A DNA stretch of 64,000 bases from the NCBI GenBank assembly GCA_000165345.1, contig CM000435.1:640001-704000 (forward strand), given 5' to 3'. A program made the translations under genes and the position numbers. The notes under the pieces were generated by a model. That model did no database searches. It saw only the letters and a list, made by a program, of their open reading frames with translations, and was not told the DNA's origin. Below, in pieces: positions 1 through 11,188 of the stretch (within the stretch, counting starts at the first letter, position 1; each line of letters starts with the position of its first letter).

Positions 1-1
1 T

Positions 2-3000
2 TTCGAGTATAACTATGACTCAGGAACGTCTTTTCCTCACATTTATCCAAATAATATTGCACTTTTGATTGGAAAATATATAAGAGAAGATAAAACTATT
101 GGGAAAAATACTGTAACGATTTTTAGACCTATAGATGTATCTCAAATAGTCAATATTGCGAACTTTGTTGTAGAAATTATGGATGGATATGAGAAACTAC
201 TAAATAACACTCTTCCAATGAAATCAATAATTATTGTTTTTTCAAATTATATTTTTAATCAACATTCACATTTTTTCAATTGCCATGGGAGAGTTTCCGA
301 CACACTAGGTAAAGTAGAGATGCTTTCTAATGCATCATCACCGCTACTTTATCAAGAGAATAATTACTACTCTCACTTAAGCGAAACAGACATTGGTAAT
401 ACAATTGGTAACATAATTATTGTGCCATTAGATATGTTTCCCCATAAGGTGATATCTAATATGTCATCAGCAATTGATAACAAAAAGAATAATTTTCAAG
501 ACAATTTTAGAATGCAAATAAGAACTCTTACAATGCCAATAATAATATTATTGGATCGCTTGGCCAGCCTTTGGTTTGGATCTTATATTCATATAACAAA
601 TTTAAAACGGCTTCCAACAGATGGCTGGATGTTGTTGGGCATGAAAAGATATTTAATGCGTCAAATGGCAAAGAAGCTTTGCGGAGAAGACTTAGTTAAA
701 TGTAGAATGAAGGAAGCACTAGAGAGGTGTTTACTGCTCATAGAAAATGGAAATGATTATATCCCATTATCTGTAAAAGACTTTTACATCAATCTACAGC
801 AAAATGGCACACCAAGTTTTCCTCTAATTCATTGGAGTCAGAGAGAATGTCAAACCCTGTTTAGATTAAAATCAGACATTGTATTTCATAGTTTGCAATG
901 TTACGTTAATCAGATGATAAAAAGCAAAGCGCGCAAGGTTGGTTTTGGCTTTTCTGATTTTGATTCTTCTATTAAACAAAATTCACAATCAAAATTTTTC
1001 AACATATTTATTCAATCCTTCATTAATAAACATTGTATTAAAAAAAATCACAGGAATTTCACGACCCAACATTTTTTTCTGCATATTGCATCTTGTATTT
1101 CACAGCAGTTTATTCATAGATCTAAAAAGGAAATTGCGGCAGCTCAGCTTCCTCAACATGAACAATATCTACTTAATGAGATCCAAGACGAGCTACTTGC
1201 ATTTAGATCTGCTTGGATAGAAGGAGTTGGATGCCCAAATCTTACAATTACGTCTACTTTTCAATTTTCTAATAAAAATATTTCTCTTGATCATGCATTA
1301 TTTACGGTAGACCAAACACCACTGCAGCCTCCACATTTAACATCTAAGGAAGGAATTTCTTCATTCATTCCATTGGTATCGATATTTAAAGTTAAAAGAA
1401 ATATAGCCCCTAGATGCGATATTGAAAAGTTAATTTTTAATTGCCTTTCATTTATTGATGGTTTTTATAATTTTGGTGCCTCCAGAAGTCAACTTTCTAA
1501 TTCTATAACAAAATTGCTTCCATCCTTTCTTTGGCCCCATGATCCGAACAATATAATATTGAAGGAATCAAATATAACAATCCTTGGATTAGGAAATACA
1601 GGAAGAATTCCTATACCAATAAAATTTGGTTTTGGTCCATTATTTGACTCTGTATTCCAAGATGAATTACAAGAAAGTACTAAGAGACGTGTTGACCATC
1701 TAAATAATAAAATTAACATTGAAAGGTCAGCTCTTGATAATAATTTCAACAATTTAAATCAACTTGATGCCCCAAATAAAAAAAAGAATTATTCAGCTTC
1801 CTCGAATGGATGTATTTCTTCATGGCAATTTGGATATATGAACATACTTTGTCAAATTCTCCTAAATTATCACGAGAACATGTCAGAGCCAGTAAATGAT
1901 ATCGAATGGCTATGCACTGAATTAGCATCTCACATACCTATTTCGGGTGGAACAGGCAAATTTTGGCCAGGGCACACCTTGATTTATATAGTTCAAAACG
2001 AAGAAAATAAAAATTGTGAATTAGAAACTATAGAACCGCAACTACCTGTTCTTCAGGAAATAAAATTTGAAACTCAAAAAATTAAATCAGGTTATAGACG
2101 CGATTCTGTACCCGTATCAAACGCCTCTATTGCATCTTCAGTCTGTACCCAAGGAGTTACGAACAATCAGAATTCTATTACTCATGCAAACATTAAAGTG
2201 AATGAGGTTCCTAGACTATCTCTCCTTCACGATTTACAACAAAGAAAACATTTTGTAGGGAAGTTATCAAATAGCGATAATATTTGGTTGCAGCCACTTC
2301 AATTTTCTAGAAATTACAAAGAAATCATTTCTAGTGAAAATGAACAAATCTCAATGAATCGCACGGCAAATACGGTTAATTTTAATTCTCATCTATTGTG
2401 GATAATTGCAGACTCGTCACAATACTGGCTCGCGAAAATTTCAAGATATCAGACCTGGAGTATGTGGGATCAACAGTTTTTGAATGAAACTGATGTTATA
2501 GGACAGTTTGAGGCAGCATACCAGCTGGGGATGGAAAGATACATTTTTGGTGATTGTAGTGCTCATAACTTAACTATTCTGGAAAGAGCATTCCAGTCTA
2601 TTAATATACTAATGAGCGCACTATATCATTTTGACTGGAATATTTTTGTAAGAAAAAAAGCACTATTATCAATAATTAAAATTCATAATAAACTTTCTTC
2701 TCAAGTTTCAATAAAAAGTGGTATTCAATCAATCAAAACTGCTGTTTTTTCACTAATAAAAAAGTTTATTTTTGAGTTGATTTCATTGATAGGGTATCAA
2801 AAAAACAAAGAGCTAAGTAACATAACTTCAAATGTTTTTTTCTTTAATGAATTAGAGATTTTGTTATTTACAATTAAATCTCTATCATATTTGTGGAATT
2901 TTGAAGTGGATTCTAGCAGCTTTGAATCAGTTCATTTCCTAACAGAGTTATTGGATAAGTACGCAAACCCATCACATGATAAATTTAATTTTGAAATATT

Positions 3001-4612
3001 ATGCAGCATTTTTGAGGCAATAGAAAGAATAGTATTGCCCCCTTCAAATGACCAATATTCGTCCTTAATTAACAAAGTTACTTCTGTAATCAGTAAGCTG
3101 ATAGTTGGCTTGCTGAAGGGTTGCAACTATATATTTGAGGATGCTAAAATATTTGTAATATTGTTCAAAATATTATCAAAACATTCTATTAATATTCTTA
3201 TACCAGTAAGTAATGAGTTTAGAAATGACTTCGGTATTTATTTCGATCCACTATGGTTCATTGATCTTCCATTTATGTATAATAACGCTTGGTGGGATAG
3301 TTACTCATCTATACATGGTTCTATTTCAATGCCTTTGTACAAACTTAGTGAACCTATAATTCAACTTAGTGCATTAAAATGTTATTTCAGCTTGTCGCTT
3401 CAAGGATTTACAGAAACAATGGCTGTTTTTAGTGAGAACGACATAGAAAGTAATATTAAATTCAAATCTATTTCTCCTGAAGTTATTTATGGCTTGATTC
3501 TTGAGTCATTTTCTGAATGCAATAAGCAAACAAATTCACAACAAAATATCACTTCAACTTGTGGGAATAAAAAACCTGAAGCAATAAATATTATTGGAAT
3601 ATTCAATGTTTGGAATTTTAAGAAAAATAGCCCAGAAAATGTCGCTTCTGCTCGAATATTTCCAAAAAATTTATTAAAAACTTTATGTGCATGTGCGCTA
3701 ATCCATCTCATATTGTGGAATGGGATTAAAGAGAGTTTCAAACATAAAAAAAACAATTCAAACAATTGGAAAATAATCAATAGTTTGTGGAGCATTTTTA
3801 TCTGCGCACTTGATGACATAATCCGAGATTTTCCTCACCTTCTTGATGAGTTTATCTTATTACAGGCCCATGCAGAATTTGAACCGCTTATTAATTCATT
3901 AACTAATAAACAACACAAGAATAGAGAAACATTTGATGATATTAAACAATGTTGTATATTTATTTCCCAAATTATATTAAATAGTCCAATCTCACTCTCA
4001 TCATACCCATTTGATCCACTAATATTTCAAAATATTTCAAATATGTATATATCTTTATTTGGTCATGGAGTCCCTGTTTGTATGAATCAAACTCCATTTA
4101 TTTCTCAAGATGTTAAATGTAATCAGTTAGTATTTAATCCTTCTAATGGATATATCTTATCTGCAATACCAGAAGTACCCATGAAAGAGTCATTGCGAAA
4201 ACGCCAAAAATTCATTAAGAGAGGATGCGATTTATCAGATTCCATTCAAATTAGAAGGCTGTGCGATGATGAAAGTTATATTATTTCTAGAGGGTGGAAA
4301 CACATATGCAAAAAAATAACGCAATGTCTAATTGAGTCTCCATATGGGGCACCTTTTATTCACCCGGTTGATGAAAATGATGCTCCTGACTATTATAATC
4401 TTATTGAGCAGCCGATTGACTTATCAACAATAATGAATAAAGTAAAACAGGATTTGTATGAATCTATCGAACACTATCGTTCCGATGTTGACCTAATCTT
4501 TGCAAATTGCAAAAAGTACAATGAGTCAACTTCACAGATAGTTGAGTGGTGTAACAAAATCCAATCTGAATTTGACCAGTTATTTAAACCCGTTTGTAGA
4601 CTCTTTGCATAA
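2..4612 (+). CDS. TAF2: TFIID subunit TAF2-like protein with a C-terminal bromodomain; 5' partial, reading frame open to the window edge
   Basis: The frame of ORF 65..4612 stays open back to nt 2 (FEYNYDSGTSFPHIYPNNIALL precedes the TTG pseudo-start). An M1-aminopeptidase-like/TAF2 segment LASLWFGSYI...DGWMLLGMKRYL resembles the TAF2 WFG...W(L/V)KG(I/L)SGY(I/L) core. The C-terminal ~110 aa are a canonical bromodomain (FIHPVDENDAPDYYNLIEQPIDLSTIMNKV...YRSDVDLIFANCKKYNESTS). Stop at 4610-4612. Confidence 0.55.
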   Translation, partial: FEYNYDSGTSFPHIYPNNIALLIGKYIREDKTIGKNTVTIFRPIDVSQIVNIANFVVEIMDGYEKLLNNTLPMKSIIIVFSNYIFNQHSHFFNCHGRVSDTLGKVEMLSNASSPLLYQENNYYSHLSETDIGNTIGNIIIVPLDMFPHKVISNMSSAIDNKKNNFQDNFRMQIRTLTMPIIILLDRLASLWFGSYIHITNLKRLPTDGWMLLGMKRYLMRQMAKKLCGEDLVKCRMKEALERCLLLIENGNDYIPLSVKDFYINLQQNGTPSFPLIHWSQRECQTLFRLKSDIVFHSLQCYVNQMIKSKARKVGFGFSDFDSSIKQNSQSKFFNIFIQSFINKHCIKKNHRNFTTQHFFLHIASCISQQFIHRSKKEIAAAQLPQHEQYLLNEIQDELLAFRSAWIEGVGCPNLTITSTFQFSNKNISLDHALFTVDQTPLQPPHLTSKEGISSFIPLVSIFKVKRNIAPRCDIEKLIFNCLSFIDGFYNFGASRSQLSNSITKLLPSFLWPHDPNNIILKESNITILGLGNTGRIPIPIKFGFGPLFDSVFQDELQESTKRRVDHLNNKINIERSALDNNFNNLNQLDAPNKKKNYSASSNGCISSWQFGYMNILCQILLNYHENMSEPVNDIEWLCTELASHIPISGGTGKFWPGHTLIYIVQNEENKNCELETIEPQLPVLQEIKFETQKIKSGYRRDSVPVSNASIASSVCTQGVTNNQNSITHANIKVNEVPRLSLLHDLQQRKHFVGKLSNSDNIWLQPLQFSRNYKEIISSENEQISMNRTANTVNFNSHLLWIIADSSQYWLAKISRYQTWSMWDQQFLNETDVIGQFEAAYQLGMERYIFGDCSAHNLTILERAFQSINILMSALYHFDWNIFVRKKALLSIIKIHNKLSSQVSIKSGIQSIKTAVFSLIKKFIFELISLIGYQKNKELSNITSNVFFFNELEILLFTIKSLSYLWNFEVDSSSFESVHFLTELLDKYANPSHDKFNFEILCSIFEAIERIVLPPSNDQYSSLINKVTSVISKLIVGLLKGCNYIFEDAKIFVILFKILSKHSINILIPVSNEFRNDFGIYFDPLWFIDLPFMYNNAWWDSYSSIHGSISMPLYKLSEPIIQLSALKCYFSLSLQGFTETMAVFSENDIESNIKFKSISPEVIYGLILESFSECNKQTNSQQNITSTCGNKKPEAINIIGIFNVWNFKKNSPENVASARIFPKNLLKTLCACALIHLILWNGIKESFKHKKNNSNNWKIINSLWSIFICALDDIIRDFPHLLDEFILLQAHAEFEPLINSLTNKQHKNRETFDDIKQCCIFISQIILNSPISLSSYPFDPLIFQNISNMYISLFGHGVPVCMNQTPFISQDVKCNQLVFNPSNGYILSAIPEVPMKESLRKRQKFIKRGCDLSDSIQIRRLCDDESYIISRGWKHICKKITQCLIESPYGAPFIHPVDENDAPDYYNLIEQPIDLSTIMNKVKQDLYESIEHYRSDVDLIFANCKKYNESTSQIVEWCNKIQSEFDQLFKPVCRLFA

Positions 4613-4810
4613 AAATTTTTCAGCCACTGTCTAGCTTCGCAGACCGCAATTATTTGTCATAGTTTTTTTTTTTATAGTTTACATTTTCGAAAGCACTGTA
4701 GTGAATGTTGTAAATATATTTCAACATACTTCACTATTTTAGTTCCGAAATGTTTAGAAATTATAGTAACTGTTCAAAGCTTTAAATTTTTGATTATTGA
4801 AGAAGGTTCA

Positions 4811-6925
4811 ATGAGTTTTTTTTATCAAAATCATTCTGGAGATAAAACCAATCTCCAAATAAATAAAGGAGAGATATATGAACATGCAAAAAAAAAGCAG
4901 ATTGATTATGCTGTCAAACAGGGAATTACTGGCTCTATCAAGATGGTTTGGGGATTATGCTATGAATATTTTATTTCGAATGGTTCAAATGAATTAATTG
5001 GTAGACCTATTAATCGAAATAATGGAAAGAGTGTTTTGTCTAAAATAAAACTACCTAAATATAAATTATTACTGACTTTTTTGTTAATTCTCGGTTCTTC
5101 AATTGTTTCGTATTACTTCTCTTTATTAATTGGCAGTTTCTGGAGCGCATTGGAAACCAAAAACAAAGATAGATTTCAAAAAATTTTGTTCTACTATTTT
5201 TTAATGCTTATTATAAACGGAGCAATTAATTGTGCTAGAACTGATATGTCGATTCGAATTCAAATTGATTTAAGGATGTGGCTAACTAATTTGATTTTGA
5301 AACAATATTATTCTGATTTAACTTACTATCAGTTCTCAATAAATAAGATGATTGATAACCCTGACCAAAGAATTGGAGAGGACATTTCACTGTTTTCATC
5401 ACATTTATTATTGTTAATATGTCGTTGTATAGACAACTTATTCGACTTTTTTGTTTATTCAATATTGCTATACAATGTTAATTTCAAATTGTTTATTTCA
5501 GCAATTATTTATTCTTGTTTTGGCACATTTTTAACTGCTAAATTAGGCATGAATATAATATTATTAAAAGTTCAAGAAAAAAAGCTTGAAAGTGATTTTA
5601 GATATTCAATTATGAGAGTTGGTGAAAATGCAGAAAATGTTGCAATGTATGGAGGAGCTCAGTGCGAGATGGAAAGACATGAGCAAATTTTAAATTCACT
5701 GCTTCTCAACTTAACTACGAAAAGATCATTTGAATCTAAAATGGGACTCTTTGGAAGTATTTTTAGAAACCTAATACGTGTTCTGCCTATTGCGGTTATT
5801 TCAGGAGACTACTTTTCAGGAAATATCCAACTTGGGAGAATTAATCAGTGTAGCCTTGCATTTAACAGTATAGTTGAAGATATTTCAATTTTGGTCAATA
5901 CTTTTAGAGAAATAAGTAATCTACTTTCTTCAATAGATAGAGTAGGGCATTTTATTGCATCGATGGCAGATAACTATATTGAATCTCAATCTATAAATAT
6001 TGGAGAGAAATTAATTAGTAGTTTTGAGAATGATTCTAAAACTAGCAGAAAAATTGATTTCTTACATCTTGAAAGCGAGTTTTCAAGACAAATGAAGGAG
6101 AAATCTTTAGAATTTAAACTTAATTTCCCGGCAGGAATTGCTTCTAAGTCATTAAAAAATTGTGTTAAATTAGAATTTACAAACACTCAGGGGAAATCTT
6201 CGGTTAATATACGTGGAAAAATTAGATCAGTAATATGGCCAGAACCAAAAATTAAGTTTGAAAGTGTGTCGATTAATACTCCGGAAGAATATCCCAGGAA
6301 ACTCCTTTTTAATATAAACTTTATGATTGAACATAGCGATAAAGTCCTAATAACAGGGGACTCCGGCGTTGGGAAATCATCACTCTTAAAGGTAATTTGT
6401 GGGATTTGGAAGAATGGGTCAGGAAATATTTATAGGCCACCTTCTAGTGAATTATTATTTATACCGCAAAAACCCTACTGTACCCAAGCAACGCTAAGGG
6501 AACAACTGTTTTATCCGCAAATACCCTCAATTAAAACTAATGGCTATGAATATAAGAATAAGGAAGAACTAGATTCATATCTATTGAAAATTCTTGAGGA
6601 AGTTGGGCTGAAATATCTATGTGATCGACTTTCTGAAAGTGGAACAGTTAATTGCTTAGACACCATTAAAGACTGGTCAACAATACTTTCGCTTGGAGAA
6701 CAGCAAAGACTTGCATTTGCAAGAATATTTATTTTCAAACCATCTATTTGTTTCCTTGATGAAGCTACAAGTGCGTTAGACATGGAGACTGAAACAAAAT
6801 TATATTCAATGTTAAGTAAAAAAAAGTTTACATACGTTAGTGTAGGTCACAGGCCCTCAATATCAATATTTCACAACAAAAAACTCCTTATCAAAAATGG
6901 TAACATAATTTTTGAGTGTATATGA
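4811..6925 (+). CDS. ABC half-transporter, subfamily D (peroxisomal ALDP/PMP70-like)
   Basis: First ATG of ORF 4790..6925 (the track start is TTG). TMD carries the ABCD hallmark NPDQRIGEDI. The NBD has Walker A GDSGVGKSSLLKV, then IYRPPSSELLFIPQKPYCTQATLREQLFYPQ (compare ALDP VLYKPPPQRMFYIPQRPY...LRDQVIYPD), signature LSLGEQQRLAFARIF and Walker B ICFLDEATSALD. Confidence 0.8.
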   Translation: MSFFYQNHSGDKTNLQINKGEIYEHAKKKQIDYAVKQGITGSIKMVWGLCYEYFISNGSNELIGRPINRNNGKSVLSKIKLPKYKLLLTFLLILGSSIVSYYFSLLIGSFWSALETKNKDRFQKILFYYFLMLIINGAINCARTDMSIRIQIDLRMWLTNLILKQYYSDLTYYQFSINKMIDNPDQRIGEDISLFSSHLLLLICRCIDNLFDFFVYSILLYNVNFKLFISAIIYSCFGTFLTAKLGMNIILLKVQEKKLESDFRYSIMRVGENAENVAMYGGAQCEMERHEQILNSLLLNLTTKRSFESKMGLFGSIFRNLIRVLPIAVISGDYFSGNIQLGRINQCSLAFNSIVEDISILVNTFREISNLLSSIDRVGHFIASMADNYIESQSINIGEKLISSFENDSKTSRKIDFLHLESEFSRQMKEKSLEFKLNFPAGIASKSLKNCVKLEFTNTQGKSSVNIRGKIRSVIWPEPKIKFESVSINTPEEYPRKLLFNINFMIEHSDKVLITGDSGVGKSSLLKVICGIWKNGSGNIYRPPSSELLFIPQKPYCTQATLREQLFYPQIPSIKTNGYEYKNKEELDSYLLKILEEVGLKYLCDRLSESGTVNCLDTIKDWSTILSLGEQQRLAFARIFIFKPSICFLDEATSALDMETETKLYSMLSKKKFTYVSVGHRPSISIFHNKKLLIKNGNIIFECI

Positions 6926-7012
6926 ACACGAGAAAGATAAATTCCTTTACACAAATATAATTAGTATATGACCTTTTTTTTATTTCTTTTTTTGGCGGAA
7001 ATAACAAAAGAA

Positions 7013-8235
7013 ATGATTTTTAGTGATATTATCAATGAAATAAAAAAGAACGAATATATCACAGAAGTTTCTTATCATTCTTCTGGTGAGTAGATAAAGT
7101 TTACTCAGTTTTTAATTATTACATATTTCTGTAGGTGATAGGCTTGTAACAGCAGATATTAAGCAAAATTTCCATATTTTTGATCTTCTTCCAACATGCT
7201 CCAATTACGATTATTTGTTTAGATTAATTTGGGTGGAGACGTCCACTCTTTATGATAGCAGTATTGTTGGTACTATTTCAAGAATTTCGTGGGCACCAGA
7301 GTGTTTTGGTCAATTATTCGTGGCTGGTACCACACAAAAGAACATTTCAATTTGGTCAGAGACTAGAAAAGGATATCAAGATACATATCATATTATAAGA
7401 AATAATTTTGTTTTTGAAAATGGTCTTGGTTTTAAAAATGGTACATTTTTCGATATTAATAATGGTAGTTCCTGGAAGCTTACGACTGCTTTTTCTCCTT
7501 TTAAAGGCAAGATCAGCAATATTAAGTTTGCAGATAAGGATCATGGATTAATTTTTGCTGCATGTGACTCTAACGGTATTGTTGGGATTTTCAAATGCAA
7601 CGATATGGCAATGAAAGCAGAATGGGAGTTAGAGACACTTAAGGTTAGAAAAACCGACCATTTTGTAGATTTGGGCATCGCAAATATGGAGAAACATTAT
7701 ACATGTTGTTTGGATTGGATACCATACCACGTGAGTAGTGGTATTGGGATTACAGTTGCAATTAGTAATCATATTTATATATTCAAAAAAAAATCTATTT
7801 TTTGGAATTGTGTTGAAACGATAGCTGTTAACAATGCAGGAATAATTAAAGACATTTCTTGGTCAAAACTTGCATTATTTTCAGACTTTTACAAGCTTGC
7901 AAGCTTACATGAGGACAATACTTTGATAATTTGGAAATCAACAGATTCTCCTAATATAAACGAATTAGGCAGGAATAAAACCATTTCACAATTAAACAAG
8001 TTTGAAAGTATAGGCTCAATAGTAAGTTTTGCGTTCTTTTTTTTTCATTGAAGGCAGTAATTATATATAGGAACGAATATATTGGCATTCTCTAGGACAA
8101 ATATTGGCATGTATCGGATATGACGGTCATGTAAGTTTTCCATTATCTTGTATTGCAATTTACTTTAATTCTATCAAGACAAAATACTTATTAAACGAAG
8201 ATAAGAATAAATTAAGAGAAATTACAGAAACATAA
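7013..8235 (+). CDS. SEH1: nucleoporin/GATOR2 WD40 protein SEH1-like, 4 exons: join(7013..7085,7135..8021,8071..8130,8179..8235)
   Basis: ORF 7215..8051 matches SEH1/SEC13 blades (ISWAPECFGQLFVAGTTQKNISIW; IKFADKDHGLIFAACDSNGIVGIF compared with SEH1 [24 protein letters not shown]). An upstream exon with ATG at 7013 ends at the G|GTGAGT donor and joins through the TAG acceptor in phase, giving ...SYHSSGDRLVTAD. At 8021 a GTAAGT donor and a TATAG acceptor restore a WD blade (ERIYWHSLGQILACIGYDGH, compare VQWSPHGSILASSGDDG), whereas the unspliced ORF ends in ...SFAFFFFH. The fourth exon (TKYLLNEDKNKLREITET, stop 8233-8235) is less certain. Confidence 0.65.
7086..7134 (+). other. intron, SEH1 intron 1, 49 nt, GTGAGT...TAG, phase 1
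   Basis: Donor G|GTGAGT at 7086 and acceptor TTCTGTAG| at 7134. Splicing joins the ATG-containing exon in frame to the WD40 ORF. Confidence 0.65.
8022..8070 (+). other. intron, SEH1 intron 2, 49 nt, GTAAGT...TAG, phase 0
   Basis: Donor ATA|GTAAGT at 8022 and acceptor TATATAG| at 8070. The downstream exon encodes a conserved WD blade. Confidence 0.65.
8131..8178 (+). other. intron, SEH1 intron 3, 48 nt, GTAAGT...AAG, phase 0
   Basis: Donor CAT|GTAAGT at 8131 and acceptor TCTATCAAG| at 8178. Acceptor choice is uncertain. Confidence 0.45.
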
Positions 8236-8647
8236 TATGATTAAATCTTATTTTATTTTATTATAAGCTACTGTCAGCATCATACTGAGCGTATATTTGC
8301 TTATTCTACAAATGGTTAATATTATAACAAAGGATCGAATTTTCGGAAAAATATTTTTTAGATTTGCTTTAAATTCAATTTTCTCTTGTTTTAATATTTA
8401 AAAGCTTAATTTACTGATTCAAAATCATTTCCAAGCAAATACTAAATTATACTTGAATGTTGATAAACAACAGAAAATATAAAATACTCGCAATTAAATA
8501 ATAAAGAAAAAATTATAATTCCTTCGGATAACTTTAGAAAATCAAACAATAATTTCAAATTTTAAATTCCAATATAAAATAAATCTTTAATGGATAACAA
8601 AACCATAACCAGAAATTTAATTTAATTTGATTTATGTATAAGTTAGA

Positions 8648-11188
8648 ATGTCAAAAGGCCATGAATTGAGTTTTTTCAAATATATTCCAAATGTTTTTTC
8701 AAAAAAACCAAATTGTAAGAAATATTTTAGTTCTTTTGAAATTAAAAAAGTACTTTTAACGGAGAAAGATGGAATTAAATTAAAGCCTGAAGATAAAAAT
8801 CATAATTTAATTGAACTAATTACTAAATATAACTCATTTTGCAGTTATTATTTTAACATAATTAATAATATAGAATATAAGAATGACACATGCATAAAAT
8901 TGTTTCCAAAACATTCAATTAAAATGTTCAAAGTTCTAGGAGTGAATTTAACAGAGGAAGAGATTACTGAATTTTTTTGCAACTTTTTCCAAACTACTAA
9001 GAAAAAATGTTTTATTCATTCAACTTCAAATGCAGAACGTACCGTTGAAAACATGTTAATTTGGAATTTTTTAAGTAATTTTATTTATCAAAATACTAGG
9101 GGAGTAGATTTAATAAATTTAAAAAGCTTATTTAAGAACAATTTGTGTAATATGCATTTTAATGCTATGAAATCGATTATAATTGTAGATCAAAAATTCT
9201 TATCAGCTTTCTCTCCTTGCTCCTACAGTGTTTACTTTCCTCCAATAATGGATGAAGTTATTCCAATTTGTACTTCAATTGTAGATTTGGCTTGCAAATC
9301 TTTAAATAATTCCAACCCTGCAGAATGGTCAACTCAAATATTGGTTTGGATATCTAGTTTATTAAGAATTAGTGATTTTAATGGGGTATTAAAGATACTA
9401 ATTACAATGAATTCAATTCTAAATAATAATCACAATAATCTTAAGTCATCAATTTCTTATGGCGTGTTTCCTTATCTTTGGGAAGGACTATTGGATATGT
9501 TTTTGTTGATCAATCAGACTGTTTCGAGGTCCTTAATAAATATTGTCAAAACTATTCCAGTTTGCGGAATAGTTTTCAAATCAGAAATTTTAAAAAAGTT
9601 TTTTATTGAAGAAAGAGTGAATTTATCTATTGAATTCCAAAAAGAATTATCAAGTAAGCTCAGAGATGTAGAAAACACTATTAGCAAGTCACCTAATGCA
9701 AAGATCTTTCGAAATTTATTCTTAAAAAATGATACCTTTGATAAATTTCGACATCAAAGATATAATTTGTTAGAAAATTACAGAAATCTGGATAAAAGCA
9801 TTTATAGTTCAAAATTACCATACTCCTCAAAACATGAAAAAGCTCATTTTGAATCAATAAATAAAAACTTTGAAGGTAAATACAACCTGTTTCAGAATTG
9901 TAATAAACTCAAGCTGAATTCTGGACTAAATTCAGATAATTTGGAATTCAAAGTGATCAGGTATGAGAATTCTGTTTTGACTGTTTGTGCAATTTGCAAT
10001 AGCCGAATTTTTCGAAAAGGCGATATAACACTTATACAACCATTTAACAAACAACTTACATTAAATGGAAAACAAATCATGTCTTTTAGACAACTAGCTA
10101 TTGTTTTGAATGTTATTTTTATTAAGCAATCACTTAAGTTTCAAGGAAATACTTTGAAGCTAAAATTAAAAATAACTGATCCTGGAATAGATCCAAGTAT
10201 TTATAAGCATTGTATTATTATTTGTTTATTGAATTATTATAAATATATTAAAAAAACAACATTAATAAGACGTCTTTCATTAAAGTTCCCCCAACCATAC
10301 TTATCTTTGATAGAAAATATTAATAGAGAAATATTTGAAAACTTGATTTATAATTTATCAAATGAAAATAAAAGTCCTAACGACAAATTAGTTATTATTT
10401 TTTCTAAAAGGCTAAAGTACGTATATTTATACCATAGAGTAGAAATAAAATGCATATTATTTAGACAAGAAATATTCAATTTTAAAAATGACAGTTTTTT
10501 TAATAACAAGAGACAAGATTTATTCAGTTATTTGTTAAGCTTTCCAAAAATAGATTGCAATATTATAAAGAAAATAATATATTTGACAAAATTGCAAAAG
10601 AATATAGTTTTCTTGGCTTTAAACTCGATTGCAATGATTATAAATAATATGAACTACACTAACAGAATAAATATCATAAGTATGATAGCTTTTTTGCAGA
10701 AAGCTATCATTCCGAACGCAAAAATATTAATTCTTGCAAGTAGATTTGAATATGCAAAAATGATTAAGCATGCTCTATGTACTTTAAATATCTCCGCAAA
10801 GATATTAGAAGAAGAGTATATATTATACAAAGCAGAGTACATCAAACTTAGAACAGAAAAGAATAGTTTTAGAGGGCTCCCAAGATATGAAAATTGGTTA
10901 TATAGAGAAATGGTTGTAGAAGAACATGACATAATTATTATCAATAATATTGAACTTAACTTTAATTTTGTTAAAAAAAGTCTTAACATTGAAAGAAAGT
11001 CGAATGAAAGTTCATGTTTTGATCATTTACTTATAGAAGATGTTGGAGTATTGTCTAGATTAGATATTTTATTACTTTTCATATTACCATTTAATAATAT
11101 AACACTTTTTAATAGCGGATTTATGGTCAATGATTTTTTTACAAAAGGAGACGCGAAAAAATGGGTAGATATTGCATTAGGAGATTAA
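8648..11188 (+). CDS. hypothetical protein, 846 aa, no recognisable domain
   Basis: Long ATG-initiated ORF. Codon and amino-acid composition match neighbouring genes. No motif could be assigned with confidence. Confidence 0.45.
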   Translation: MSKGHELSFFKYIPNVFSKKPNCKKYFSSFEIKKVLLTEKDGIKLKPEDKNHNLIELITKYNSFCSYYFNIINNIEYKNDTCIKLFPKHSIKMFKVLGVNLTEEEITEFFCNFFQTTKKKCFIHSTSNAERTVENMLIWNFLSNFIYQNTRGVDLINLKSLFKNNLCNMHFNAMKSIIIVDQKFLSAFSPCSYSVYFPPIMDEVIPICTSIVDLACKSLNNSNPAEWSTQILVWISSLLRISDFNGVLKILITMNSILNNNHNNLKSSISYGVFPYLWEGLLDMFLLINQTVSRSLINIVKTIPVCGIVFKSEILKKFFIEERVNLSIEFQKELSSKLRDVENTISKSPNAKIFRNLFLKNDTFDKFRHQRYNLLENYRNLDKSIYSSKLPYSSKHEKAHFESINKNFEGKYNLFQNCNKLKLNSGLNSDNLEFKVIRYENSVLTVCAICNSRIFRKGDITLIQPFNKQLTLNGKQIMSFRQLAIVLNVIFIKQSLKFQGNTLKLKLKITDPGIDPSIYKHCIIICLLNYYKYIKKTTLIRRLSLKFPQPYLSLIENINREIFENLIYNLSNENKSPNDKLVIIFSKRLKYVYLYHRVEIKCILFRQEIFNFKNDSFFNNKRQDLFSYLLSFPKIDCNIIKKIIYLTKLQKNIVFLALNSIAMIINNMNYTNRINIISMIAFLQKAIIPNAKILILASRFEYAKMIKHALCTLNISAKILEEEYILYKAEYIKLRTEKNSFRGLPRYENWLYREMVVEEHDIIIINNIELNFNFVKKSLNIERKSNESSCFDHLLIEDVGVLSRLDILLLFILPFNNITLFNSGFMVNDFFTKGDAKKWVDIALGD

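Noticed and set aside
64-65. ORF-track start coordinates at 65, 4790, 7215, 26732, 38145, 46844, 56499 and 60246
   Set aside because: Each begins with TTG or GTG. The ORF finder allowed bacterial alternative starts, which are not appropriate for this eukaryotic locus. Starts were moved to the first in-frame ATG, or flagged as needing an upstream exon.
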